Assembly: GCA_003707115.1 (NCBI GenBank)
Contig: PPNB01000003.1
Span: 1-64,000 of the forward strand
Source of the DNA: Tortispora ganteri
Lineage: Eukaryota
Direction of reading: 5' to 3'
DNA: 64,000 nt
The translations under genes and the position numbers were made by a program. The notes below the pieces were generated by a model. The model was not told the DNA's origin and made no database searches. It worked only from the letters and a program-made list of their open reading frames with translations. Positions 1-10,392 of the stretch are shown here, one piece after another (positions within the stretch are counted from its first letter, which is position 1; each line of letters starts with the position of its first letter).

Positions 1-1166
1 AGCGAACAGAATGTGACAAGAAACCCGAAGAAGCACACGCAAATTAGTGGAACAAACTGAATAAGATCATACATCATTGCTCGCACACACGGAAGCAATG
101 TTCCGTAATAAGGGTATATGGATGCGACAGAAAATGCTCTGGGCACAAGAATGAATGCCTCCAAAGATAGCACATCTACTGCCATATGGTGATATTTGTC
201 GCTATGGGTTATGACACCGGCAATGCGCAAGACGAGGAAGGTCAAGAATATCGCGCCTATAATGAGATCTATAATGCTCCAGAAATCTCGAAAGTACACA
301 ACCATGGATCCAGATTCATAGAACTGTGAAAACTCCTCGTACACGAAACCAAGAAACCATAAATTTAAAAGTGCTTCTAGCCACCACAGACCATGGTCAA
401 ATTTCAACGCCGCAAGGTATAGACCAAGAAGAATCATATAATTGACGAATATAATTGCAGTACGATAGCGCGGTACTCTAAGCCGTGCGAACAGATCGGA
501 TCGTCCTCTATGGTAACGCACCGCATGTTTTCTTGCACCTGTTGAGATCGAAGACCAGAATACTATGTCACCTTTCCAGATGTCATCAATAACGCGCTTT
601 ACTGCAGGCGTGATTAAAAATTTCTGAGCAGGTATCATGACAGCAATTTCTAAAGTGCACAGGCCTTCACCTGTGTCTTCATACCAGTACTGAGGCTTTC
701 GGTCGGCATGATTTCTATTTTCAGGTTGTAAATCACCGATTATCGTTTGAGCTGCGTGCAGTATAGGATTCTCTGACTCTGCATCCGAACCTGACTGATT
801 CGATATGTGATCGTCTAGTTCATATGTTAACATCTCAATGACATCATAAGTGTTCATCGACGATATATACTTAGATGCTATCAATTCAGTTGCATTTGCA
901 CGTGCCTGAAACACGCCTCGGCCATCGTGGACTTGGCTATACTCCATTGACAGTACCAGCAGTGCCGCTACCGTCCCCAGGTGTGAAGATCTCCTCAAAG
1001 ACTGCACCAAATAGTCAATAGTGTTTACTATAGGTACTCTTCTTAATTGGTCATAAGTGTACGGCGCGCGTATGCTGGACCGAATGACTTGATCGAAATC
1101 GCGCACCATTGCATCGAAACTTTCCGACGACTCATAAATGGGAAACGAATATTTCATGCTATCCAT
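1..1166 (-). CDS. TRP-like cation channel of the fungal Yvc1 family, 5' part only (runs off the window start)
   Basis: Not in the ORF track. Manual minus-strand translation from ATG 1166 (alternative ATG 1157) stays in frame to base 1: MDSMKYSFPIYE...APYTYDQLR...ARANATELIA...LTYEL...VIDDIWKGDIVFW...RLRVPRY...FWSIID...PYYGTLLPCVRAMMYDLIQF. The IWxGxI, RLRVPRY and PYxGTLxPC segments and hydrophobic helices match fungal Yvc1/TRP channels. Confidence 0.8.
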   Translation of the reverse strand, partial: MDSMKYSFPIYESSESFDAMVRDFDQVIRSSIRAPYTYDQLRRVPIVNTIDYLVQSLRRSSHLGTVAALLVLSMEYSQVHDGRGVFQARANATELIASKYISSMNTYDVIEMLTYELDDHISNQSGSDAESENPILHAAQTIIGDLQPENRNHADRKPQYWYEDTGEGLCTLEIAVMIPAQKFLITPAVKRVIDDIWKGDIVFWSSISTGARKHAVRYHRGRSDLFARLRVPRYRTAIIFVNYMILLGLYLAALKFDHGLWWLEALLNLWFLGFVYEEFSQFYESGSMVVYFRDFWSIIDLIIGAIFLTFLVLRIAGVITHSDKYHHMAVDVLSLEAFILVPRAFSVASIYPYYGTLLPCVRAMMYDLIQFVPLICVCFFGFLVTFCS

Positions 1167-1780
1167 TGCTTCTATTATATTCCTGCTACCACACCTTTTC
1201 AAGCGTCTTCGAATCGACGATACACAGGTAGAAAGGACGATAAGGGGGTAAGTAAGTATTATCCCTCTAGGTATTGCCTTTCCCAGAGAGCGTTCATTAC
1301 CTTATTTCCTTCCTATTTAGGAAACGCCGCACAACGCTGGTTTGGATGCACCATTTTTGTACTTCAACATTCAAGGTAAAATACAATGTTCACTTTATTC
1401 AATTATCCTTTTGATGCCTAAAATCTTGACTACGTGATGTCTAATGCACGTGCATCAAAACATATACTAACCATGCGTAGATCACTGATAAACCTTACTA
1501 TATTGCTCTTATGCAGCACGGGATTTGATGAATAACAAGATTTTAGCTGCAGGACAATAAAAAGATTGAATGTTCTGGATTGTACCGACAGAACCGCAAA
1601 CTGCTAAATTATAAATGCTTTCGTTTAAATAACGGTTTCGTTGACGAATAGTCATATCAAGCGCTTTAAGGGTTAAGGGTTTTGTTATAAGCCTCACTGT
1701 CATTTTTCGATCGTGTATTTAACTGTCCGCAACCCCCCACTTTACCTTCTACCACTACTGCGCCATATATCGATACAAGA

Positions 1781-2128
1781 ATGGGTGAAAACGAGAAGTT
1801 TTACGGATCGCAACCAGCACCACAATATTCAGAGAATCCTGGCTATCCTCCGCAAGGAGGCTATCCTCCCCAAGGTGGCTATCCACCGCAAGGATATCCT
1901 CCCCATGGTGGTTATCCTCCGCAAGGTGGTTATCCGCCACAAGGATATCCGCCCCATGGTGGGCCGCAATATTACCAGCAGCCACAACCCCAATACCAAC
2001 AACAGCAGCCTGACCGTGGACAGGATCGCACTGGCGATGTTTGCACTATCTGTGCCGGAACATGTCTTGGATCGATCTGTGCGTCTCTGTTTATGAACGG
2101 TTTATGTATGGCCATTAACAATTGTTAG
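1781..2128 (+). CDS. CYSTM-family Pro/Gln-rich protein with C-terminal cysteine-rich membrane anchor
   Basis: 115 aa; GYPPQG/GYPPHG repeats and a Q-rich linker followed by a Cys-rich hydrophobic tail (VCTICAGTCLGSICASLFMNGLCMAINNC). Confidence 0.75.
   Translation: MGENEKFYGSQPAPQYSENPGYPPQGGYPPQGGYPPQGYPPHGGYPPQGGYPPQGYPPHGGPQYYQQPQPQYQQQQPDRGQDRTGDVCTICAGTCLGSICASLFMNGLCMAINNC
1841..1960 (+). repeat. Coding tandem repeat (GYPP[Q/H]G)n containing a 51-nt higher-order duplication
   Basis: Units 1859-1909 and 1910-1960 both encode GYPPQG-GYPPQ-GYPPHG and differ only at synonymous positions. Confidence 0.85.
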
Positions 2129-2197
2129 ATGGATGAGCCTACTTGCCTGTTTAGTGCATATGCCTGTATTTCTTATTATTTTTTCTTCTCCAGCAGA

Positions 2198-3280
2198 CTA
2201 GAGTACTGATTGAAGATATTGCATCATTTTCTTAAATGCAGGTTGTTCGAGCTTTTTGTTTTCCGTAAATCGTAGATGAAAGTCTATCAGTATGTAGTCA
2301 TGAGGAGCGCCTTTCTCTTCAAAAAGTGGGATTTCTAGGCGGTTGGCAAACTTTTTGATATCATCAGCCATGATTTCACACGGCCCGTATATTATGAGTC
2401 CTGGTGGCAGCGCCGGTTTCCAGTAGTCAGTGGATCCTATTGCGGGGCTCACCCAGGTAGTTCCTTTGTCTGGTGAATGTGAACAATATAGCGAACCCCA
2501 GTGGTTTAGAATCTCTAGTGAAAATACATCTTTAGAGTTGTTATCCACATAGGAGCCTGTCTTTGTAGCTTCTAAATTCAGCCAGGGCGATATACATAAA
2601 AACGCTTTGGGCCGGACGTGCAAAGAAGGGACTTGGAATGATTTCGGAAAGCCATAGTGGATACCATTCATAAGGGCCATACACAAATTTCCCCCTGCAG
2701 AATCTCCCATCAAGATCAAATTAGAACACCCTTGTTTCTCTAATTCAGCGTAGACTTCAACTGAATCTCTTATTGGCTGTGGATAACAGGCATGGGGTAC
2801 TAGAGAGTAGTCAACAAAAACAATCGATACATTCAACTTCGCCGCCAGCGCTAATAATATGTCGAAATGGGCAGCTAGTGCAGGAACATAAAATCCTCCA
2901 CCATGAAAATAAACAATAACTGGATCATGAGGCTGACGACCTTCCACTTCATGCACCCAGTATCCTCTAGTAGAAGCTAAGCGTTCGCCGTATTTGCGAG
3001 CTTTCGAATAAAACACCGAATTGGACCCCAAGTTCATCATTGCATCAGGCATAGGCCGCTTTGCACCCGTTAGTTTACGTATTTGTTTTATATTCATAGA
3101 TTCTACCGTGTAACGCGATACTTTACGATACAAGTACTGAAAGAACGGCTGTTCGCTCTGAATAGTTCCAGATACGATCCATCCTATTCCATGCACCAAT
3201 ATCGCACTGAGCGTAAATCCCATGTGAATCGCATCATAAAGACTAATATCATCAACATTTTCTTGATATTCTCCGTTCAT
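2198..3280 (-). CDS. Alpha/beta hydrolase of the HSL type, steryl deacetylase Say1/Mug81-like
   Basis: YFHGGGF oxyanion motif, MGDSAGGNL nucleophile motif, ISPW and GAPHD. The ORF track starts at TTG 3379; the first ATG is 3280. Confidence 0.8.
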   Translation of the reverse strand: MNGEYQENVDDISLYDAIHMGFTLSAILVHGIGWIVSGTIQSEQPFFQYLYRKVSRYTVESMNIKQIRKLTGAKRPMPDAMMNLGSNSVFYSKARKYGERLASTRGYWVHEVEGRQPHDPVIVYFHGGGFYVPALAAHFDILLALAAKLNVSIVFVDYSLVPHACYPQPIRDSVEVYAELEKQGCSNLILMGDSAGGNLCMALMNGIHYGFPKSFQVPSLHVRPKAFLCISPWLNLEATKTGSYVDNNSKDVFSLEILNHWGSLYCSHSPDKGTTWVSPAIGSTDYWKPALPPGLIIYGPCEIMADDIKKFANRLEIPLFEEKGAPHDYILIDFHLRFTENKKLEQPAFKKMMQYLQSVL

Positions 3281-3487
3281 ATTGTGTCTTTTAGCATTCC
3301 TTCTAAAGAAAATTGTAAAGAAAATCGTGACTTGTACAATTAGAGAAGTATATGTATTGATAAACCTTAAAACTAACAACTTATACAGCAGATTCCGCTT
3401 ACAGATATGCTACTAAATAGGCGCAAAATAACAACATAAAGTGTTTCACATCAGACAGATTAACAAATAGTGTACGTTAATAGTCGT

Positions 3488-5597
3488 TTAGAGTTCGTGA
3501 ATCTCGTTCACTGTCGCTACTAGTCCCATAACGTTCAAGAACAAGTTCAAATTGCTAATCTTCGTAGCTGACTGTTCTGCTGACAATGTTCGTGCGTAGG
3601 CCATCACGTCAAAAATATTTTGTCTGGCTCCTTCAATAAGCAACTGCTGCTGTTCTTCTGATTTCGCTGCTAGCGCTAATGCCGCAAGTAATTGCCACAC
3701 GTGCGCAGACTCTTCGGCACTCTTGGGGAACATCTCGCTTAAATGTCCAGCAATGGTCCCTAAAAGGCTGTCAAACATAGCTTCCATCGCCACAATGTCT
3801 CCTTCCTGCGCTGTGCCATCTTGTCGTGTCAATTGTGCACTTGAAATCAGAACCGTCAGTATAGTCTGGCCGACAGATGACTTCGCAACAGTTAATAAAT
3901 CTGTGCGATCGATAATAATGTTAATTAAACCAATGATCACATGCGCAGAAAGATCTGTGATTATCTGTACCAATCTGGGAACTAACACTCTTTCTAAAAG
4001 GTCAACCTGCTCAGCAATCTTTTCTGAGATGTGTCCTCTTACATCACCGTACCGAACAGCATCAAGCAAATTCAGTTGTGCAACAATAACAGTGAGAATC
4101 ATCATTTTCTGCTCTCTTGTGAAAAGAGAAAAGGCTCTAGCTACTAACTTGATACCTTTAGCATGAGATAATATATCTATAAATGTTCCGCGATCAATTA
4201 GCGGATCGTTCACATGCAGCTTGTCCCATAAAGCGGCCATTGTGGAATCATAATTCGTCTTCCAGTCGAAATCATCTTCAGAAGGCTTATTTCGTAACAA
4301 CTCTTCAATTTTCAGTAATTTTGTAAACGCTTGTTCAATAGCTTTTAATGTGACCTCAGGACCGGTCACCGGGCTGGCTGTAGCTGTTTCCCCTGCGACC
4401 GCAGAACTACCAGTATCTTCATTGGCACTATCGGTCACACCGGCCGCTATATCGAGCAATTTGCGTGGATTTCTGACATTGCTGATAGATATTTTTCCTA
4501 GCGCACCATCCGCAGAAAGCTGTTCCTTGCGCGGACCTTTGATTTTAGCATATGCTACAGCGCGTTTGAGTTGTTGTTGCATCCTCGCCATAGAGTTGTC
4601 TTGAGTTCGTCGGGCACGCGCTGAACCCGCGGAAACGTAAGTGTCAGCTAGTGATTCAGATTGGCTAGGTCCTTGTAATGCTCTGTAGACGTTGAAATAA
4701 AAATCTTCCCCGGATAATGGATCTTCAGAGGCAGATACCAGCTGTTGCACTTGTATACGGGCGATTAGATTTTTCTCGAATTTGGTCATTAAGCCGTTAT
4801 AAGGTGCAATAGCAGCGAGTCTCTGACCACGCCTGATTATTCGATCTGCTTCTGCCAGCTTATTATCTTCCCTGCTCGGCAGTTCTTGCGGTAGTTCTTG
4901 CGGGGCGACATTTGGTTTTGCGAGAGCAGGGTTCAGGCCAGCCGGAACGTAGTGGCCGGTCCTCTGCGGTGGCAGTACGTTAGGGTACATTTGCGGTGGA
5001 AGTGTCTGTGCAGGGGGGAAAGGGCCAGAAACTTGAGGGGCGCCAGTATGCAATGATGCCTGAGGCGGAGGAAATAACTGTTGCTGTTGCAGCTGTTGCG
5101 GCTGATAGCCATGAGGAGGGAAGTGCTGGCTTGCCTGGTATGGAGGTTGGGGTCTGGGGCCCAGAGACTGATTTCGAAACTGCATCTCCATTTCAGTCAT
5201 AGAAGGCTGAGATGGGCCCCATAGGTGTTCTGCTGGTCTCATATCAGGGAGATCTTCTTGATTGCGAGTGTTGAACATCATGGAGCTAGTTGGATGTCGG
5301 CCCGCCGAAGCAGCAGGACCGTTAGTCATAGCTCTGGGGTTCTGCCATTGTATTCGTGAATTATCAGGGCCTAAACCGGCAGCTGATGCATAGCTCACCC
5401 CAGCTGGTCGCTGGGATGGCAATTGAGAGACATAAGTTGGTTCGCTGGGTCGATTTAAAGAAAAGTCATAATCTTCTTCATCTTGTCCTGTGAATTCTCG
5501 GACATAGGAATCAAAATCAATCCTGGAAAAAAAACAAGTTAGAACCAAAAATAAACACAAGAAAATATGGAGATAATACTTACTCTTGTGCGGCCAT
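3488..5597 (-). CDS. PAT1: mRNA decapping activator Pat1, two exons (5597-5584, 5522-3488)
   Basis: YNGLMTKFEKNLIARIQVQQLV, EDFYFNVY, GALGKISISNVRNPRKLL, LSHAKGIKL and NLNLFLNVMGL motifs. A 61-nt intron (5583-5523, GTAAGT...TCTAAC...CAG) joins ATG GCC GCA CAA GA|G ATT GAT in frame. Confidence 0.9.
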
Positions 5598-6314
5598 TAC
5601 GTCAGGGCTTGAGCTCGCTAAAGGTGCAGAATCCAAGCTTCGATGGTGGGAAAAAATGGTGGGGGGGCGGGATACTAATAAAAAACAAATGACTGTCGTT
5701 GCTATAACAACTATGTACATATATTCGATAGAGAGTTTGAGTACGAAAGAGAGCGATAAGGATTCGGATCACTATAGAAAGTAGTATTAAATCACCTATA
5801 TAAAAATGCAGAAATTTACGTGTACTAGTGTTTAAAAACCGCTAAATAATGTTGATGTACAATTGCCTGCACGAAAATCAAGAAAAACACCAGTGCGGTC
5901 TATGAAGGAATGTTAGGCTATTTAGAACTTTATCTTGACAACAGATGCCAAAGGTGGCCCTTAATTAACGATTCTTAGCCTCTATTTGGGATCAGGTATT
6001 GTATCCAGTTTTTGAAATAATAGAATATACAAATATAAAATGCTAGAGAATTTGCCATCTCAATTACATAAGCTTATGCAGATGAATCGTGTTACTTGAA
6101 TGGCTTTTCTAGTTTAGGGGATGGTTTTAGGTTGCTAAGTATTATCATTTTAGCTGTGTTCCCTAACTTCTCCAAATTTATGGACACATCAACTTCCCAT
6201 TGCCCAAGGCGCGCTGCTGTTCACTATTGCAATCTTGTTTTTTTTGTCACTTGCGAAGGAACAAGTTGCTGCAGCTCTTTTTGTTTATATTAGAAAAGTG
6301 AATTAAAAAGAAAA

Positions 6315-7655
6315 ATGGCTAGAAGTCAAATTCGTATTATTCGGCTGGTGGTTCTGATCACGGTAATTCTTGGTGTGTTTTACATCGCCGGTAGTCAAGC
6401 GAACACGTTAGCCACAGCAAGAGGTAGTCTGCCCTACGGATCCAATTACCGAACTAACTACGGCAAACAAAGTAATCAAAAGGATGGTTCTATGAGTGAT
6501 TCTATGAGCAAACAGCAGATTGAAAGTGTACAACCCTCCTTGATCGTGTCTGCACATACACAGTACGCAGCTCAGCCTACTTCTACGCGGGAGCCCTACA
6601 AGAACCCGTTTCGTCATTATAAAAATAAATTTCCAGACTATCCGAAGTTCAAATACTCATTTGTCGACGATCCAGACTACAGGAAACGTAACGCCACTTT
6701 TGTCTCGCTGGTACGCGATTCAGATATTAACGGTATCCTGCAATCCATAGAGCAAGTGGAAAAGAGGTTCAACAGTCGCTACCATTACGATTGGGTGTTC
6801 CTTAACGACGGCGACTTCAGTGAAGGGTTCCGAGAGAATGTGCAGAAAGCTTGTTCCGGTAACGTCTACTTTGGCAAAGTGCCTCGCGAGCACTGGGGAT
6901 ACCCAGACTTCATTGATCAAGATAAGGCTGCCGCGGTGCGTGAACAGATGAAAAACGACAATATCATATACGGGGACTCAGAATCATATAGGCACATGTG
7001 TAGGTTTGAGTCCGGTTTCTTCTACAGACAAGAGCTTATGCTCAACTACAAGTACTACTGGCGCGTCGAGCCCGACATCAAGTTATACTGCTATATTCCC
7101 TACGACACCTTCGCATTCATGGAAGACAACAACAAGCAGTATGGGTTCACTATCTCGCTACATGAATACGAAACAACTATAAGGACACTTTGGAAGACCA
7201 CAAAGGAGTTCATCCAAAAGAACCCTGACACTGTTAATAAGAACGGCCTGATGCAATGGATCACAGAGGACGGCTCTAAGTACAATATGTGTCATTTCTG
7301 GAGTAACTTTGAAATTGGCGACCTGGAGTTCTGGAGGTCTGACACATATTCTGCCTACTTCGATTACCTCGACCAGTCCGGTGGGTTCTTCTATGAAAGA
7401 TGGGGTGATGCGCCTATCCACTCGATTGCTGTAGCTCTATTCATGGATAAAGACAAAGTACATCACTTCGACGACATCGGCTACTGGCATATACCCTTCA
7501 ACAATTGTCCGCTTGTTAACACATTGAGAAACGAACGCCAATGTGACTGCGCGCCCGCTGATTCACTGCTGTTGAGTGGATGGTCGTGCACTAAGGAGTT
7601 TTACGAGCTCATGGGCTACTCTGTGCCCAAAGATTCTGACCTAGAATATCATTAG
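6315..7655 (+). CDS. Golgi alpha-1,2-mannosyltransferase, KRE2/KTR family (GT15)
   Basis: Type II membrane anchor, NATFVSLVR, SYRHMCRFESGFF, YYWRVEP, CHFWSNFEI and GFFYERWGDAPIHS. Confidence 0.95.
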   Translation: MARSQIRIIRLVVLITVILGVFYIAGSQANTLATARGSLPYGSNYRTNYGKQSNQKDGSMSDSMSKQQIESVQPSLIVSAHTQYAAQPTSTREPYKNPFRHYKNKFPDYPKFKYSFVDDPDYRKRNATFVSLVRDSDINGILQSIEQVEKRFNSRYHYDWVFLNDGDFSEGFRENVQKACSGNVYFGKVPREHWGYPDFIDQDKAAAVREQMKNDNIIYGDSESYRHMCRFESGFFYRQELMLNYKYYWRVEPDIKLYCYIPYDTFAFMEDNNKQYGFTISLHEYETTIRTLWKTTKEFIQKNPDTVNKNGLMQWITEDGSKYNMCHFWSNFEIGDLEFWRSDTYSAYFDYLDQSGGFFYERWGDAPIHSIAVALFMDKDKVHHFDDIGYWHIPFNNCPLVNTLRNERQCDCAPADSLLLSGWSCTKEFYELMGYSVPKDSDLEYH

Positions 7656-7757
7656 CACATCTTCACGATTTGTCCGCTTTACATAAATGAACGTTTTATT
7701 TTCTCTTTAATTTCGTGGTTCGTCTCTTTCTTCTATTCGTATATACATAACCAGTTA

Positions 7758-8315
7758 TTAGGCTTCAGCAGGTTTCTTTGTGCCGTACTTTGATCGTGAG
7801 GACGACCTGTTCGCAACACCGGCTAGATCTAAAGCACCGCGTACCAATCGGTACTTAACACCGGGCAAATCTTGACAACGTCCACCACGTACAAGTACAA
7901 CTGAATGCTCTTGAGCATTGTGCCCTTCACCTGGAATGTATGCCGACACGTACTTGCCATTTGATAGTCTAACACGGGCAGCTTTACGCTGTGCAGAGTT
8001 CGGTTTCTTCGGTTTCAGCACCATAACTCTTACAACAACACCCTTCTTTGCCGGACACCGATCCAAATCCGGTGACCGTTTGCTTGCATCTTTGCCTATA
8101 ACCCGTCGTCCTTGCGCATTGTACTTAATCAAATTTTGCTCAATCCTCCTCCGTTCTTTGCTCTTGCCGCCGTCCCTGGCTCCACGCAATATTTGGTTAA
8201 ACGTGCTTTTATGTCTTAAAGTATTCACAATATTTACATTATTAAAACTCGATTTAGGCCAAAAATTTGCCGTCCTTGTCATCATTCCGAGCATCGTTCT
8301 CACGTTTCGCAACAT
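7758..8315 (-). CDS. MRPS12: Mitochondrial ribosomal protein S12 (uS12m)
   Basis: [32 protein letters not shown] and RSKYG motifs; Arg-rich N-terminal presequence. Confidence 0.95.
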   Translation of the reverse strand: MLRNVRTMLGMMTRTANFWPKSSFNNVNIVNTLRHKSTFNQILRGARDGGKSKERRRIEQNLIKYNAQGRRVIGKDASKRSPDLDRCPAKKGVVVRVMVLKPKKPNSAQRKAARVRLSNGKYVSAYIPGEGHNAQEHSVVLVRGGRCQDLPGVKYRLVRGALDLAGVANRSSSRSKYGTKKPAEA

Positions 8316-8456
8316 ATTTAGGTAAGTGGTTGTAGTCGTAGTCTAAAAGTTGGGAACCCAGGGTCAGGGCATTTAGACTGAAAAACAACCCCCCAAATCT
8401 CCTTCTCTATATAGACCTCTATTCTCGAAACAACATGACAATATTGCTCCAATTTC

Positions 8457-9374
8457 TCATCGTAAAAGACTTAAAATTATACCAACTGCCACTCCTGCTA
8501 ATGTAATCGTCAAAAACTCCTCTTTTCGCAATATTATGTCGTTCGTTGTCTGTAATCTCTTGACCCGATCTAAAAGGTTGTCCCATCGAGTCTCATCTGT
8601 CACAATTGTCGCACCTCCCTGGTTAGCTTTAATAAGAGTCTCAGATCTTTCATCCTCATAACTCCGTAGCGCTTCTCTAACTTTCTCGTCAAAACTGTAC
8701 ACCAGTCGTTGCCGCTTCCACGGTTCCAGACCTAATTGGACAACTACAAACAACCCCACGTTGAACGCCATAAGCATCCACGTGCCCCAAGTCGACGCTC
8801 GTCGGATCTTGTCTGACCAAATCTGTTCTTCATGGTACCGAGACAGTATTGCACGAGTTAGCGAATCCTGTGCAGCGTCCGCTTCGCGCTCGGCTTTCAT
8901 CAGCCTATTCTCAGCTTCAGCCTCTTGCTCCTCCAGCTCGTGCTCTGATCTGTACAGTTGCGTAAACTTCTCTAAATCATCGCTGCTCCATTGATGTTTC
9001 CGTTCCAGCAGCTCGTTGATTTGTCTTTGTGCCATGCTCCGCGATCCAATCGCCTTGGCATGTGCATCTTTCGCTTCGGCCAGCTCCCTCCGCATATCGC
9101 GCACTCTTTTCTCGCTCGACTCAATACGCACTTTCAGTTTCTCTATATCGCTATATCCCGTCAAGTCATTAAACCGCTGTCCTGCAACAAAAACTCCAAG
9201 TTGAATCTGGTCCATCGATTTTGAAAACCATTCTGGCATCCATCGTTTCGATGCTGTTGCGCTCGGTAGTCGTTTCAACCCTTCGGTACCGCTGTTCCAT
9301 CTAATACGCGCCCGTGGCTCAACTTTCATAGGTCCCCCGCATATTCTTACAAATCCAGTTCGTCTGCGTAACAT
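8457..9374 (-). CDS. SHE9: Mitochondrial inner-membrane coiled-coil protein She9/Mdm33
   Basis: NDLTGYSDIEKLK, QRQINELLERKHQWSSDDLEKFTQLYRSEH, RYHEEQIWSDKIRRASTWGT and EPWKR motifs. First ATG is 9374 (MLRRRTGF); the ORF track starts at TTG 9416. Confidence 0.93.
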   Translation of the reverse strand: MLRRRTGFVRICGGPMKVEPRARIRWNSGTEGLKRLPSATASKRWMPEWFSKSMDQIQLGVFVAGQRFNDLTGYSDIEKLKVRIESSEKRVRDMRRELAEAKDAHAKAIGSRSMAQRQINELLERKHQWSSDDLEKFTQLYRSEHELEEQEAEAENRLMKAEREADAAQDSLTRAILSRYHEEQIWSDKIRRASTWGTWMLMAFNVGLFVVVQLGLEPWKRQRLVYSFDEKVREALRSYEDERSETLIKANQGGATIVTDETRWDNLLDRVKRLQTTNDIILRKEEFLTITLAGVAVGIILSLLR

Positions 9375-9483
9375 GGCGTAACTGTTCTTATCCAAGATAT
9401 CACCCAGTTCATGCAATTGCTAGCAAAGTTGAACAAATTATCTATTAAACGGGTGCTGCTCCACGAAGCAAACATACCGTAGG

Positions 9484-9512
9484 CCGGGTAACTCAACCTT
9501 ATAATTACCCGG
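9484..9512. promoter_or_regulatory. Inverted pair of Reb1-consensus sites in the SHE9 / HAD phosphatase divergent promoter
   Basis: CCGGGTAA (9484-9491) and TTACCCGG (9505-9512), 13 nt apart. Confidence 0.55.
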
Positions 9513-9564
9513 TGACGCGCGCAAACAGTGTTCTATTCTTCGACATCTGTTACAGGCATTTAAA

Positions 9565-10392
9565 ATGACTCAGCCTGCTGCAATTGTCTTTTCCGACTGG
9601 GACGGAACTATCACTCTGCAAGTATGTAAACAAGGCCAACCGCAAACGGACTTCGACGTTACTAACACGTGTACAGGATAGCAATGACTACCTTACTGAC
9701 AACATTGGCTTCGGCGTAGAACGTCGTAAAGAGCTTAACCGTCTGGTCCTCGAGGACAAAATGACTTTCCGGTAAGTATTTCCACTAGCTTCGCCAATAA
9801 CAAAGCAATTGAACCTAACAGATGCAGTGACTCCTTCTACGAAATGCTCGAGTCTGTAGACATGCCTTTCGAAGAATGCATTCAGCTTTTGAAAGACAAT
9901 GTTAAACTTGACCCTGGATTTGCAGAGTTCTATAAATGGACCAGTGCAAATAATGTCAAAGTGATCGTTGTGTCTAGCGGTATGAAACCTATCATCCGTG
10001 CCTTACTCACCGAGCTTGTAGGCGAAGAGGCCGTTCAGAGCATAGAAATCGTCTCTAATGAAGTGAAGTATCTTGACCCAGAAGGCAAAAAGTGGGAAAT
10101 AGTCTTCCACGATGATTCGCATTTCGGCCACGATAAATCGCTGTGCATTAAGCCATACCAAGTAGACGGACATCCTCCTTTGTTTTACTGCGGAGACGGT
10201 GTCTCTGACCTTAGCGCGGCTAAGGAGACTGATCTTCTTTTTGCTAAGGTAGGTAGAGATCTCATCACATGGTGTGAGCGTGAACATATCCCTTACAGAG
10301 TTTTCGATTCTTTCAAGGATATTCATCAGTGTGTGCAATCCGTAGTTGAAGGCACTACTACTATCCACGATTTGATCCAAAACAAGTCTTAG
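9565..10392 (+). CDS. HAD-superfamily phosphatase similar to polyol phosphate phosphatase Pyp1/YNL010W; three exons (9565-9621, 9677-9771, 9828-10392)
   Basis: Splicing of introns 9622-9676 (GTATGT...TACTAAC...CAG) and 9772-9827 (GTAAGT...CCTAAC...CAG) restores MTQPAAIVFSDWDGTITLQ|DSNDYLTDN...TFR|DSFYEML, including HAD motif I (DxDGT). Also VVSSGM, FGHDKS and YCGDGVSDLSAA. Confidence 0.92.

Noticed and set aside
1506..1550. CTTATGCAGCACGGGA resembling the 5' end of U4 snRNA
   Set aside because: Three extra bases in the U6-pairing segment, and no convincing kink-turn stem or Sm site at the expected distance.
5523..5560. ORF-track start of PAT1 (MCLFLVLTCFFSR)
   Set aside because: This is the branch point and pyrimidine tract of the intron, read from a TTG.
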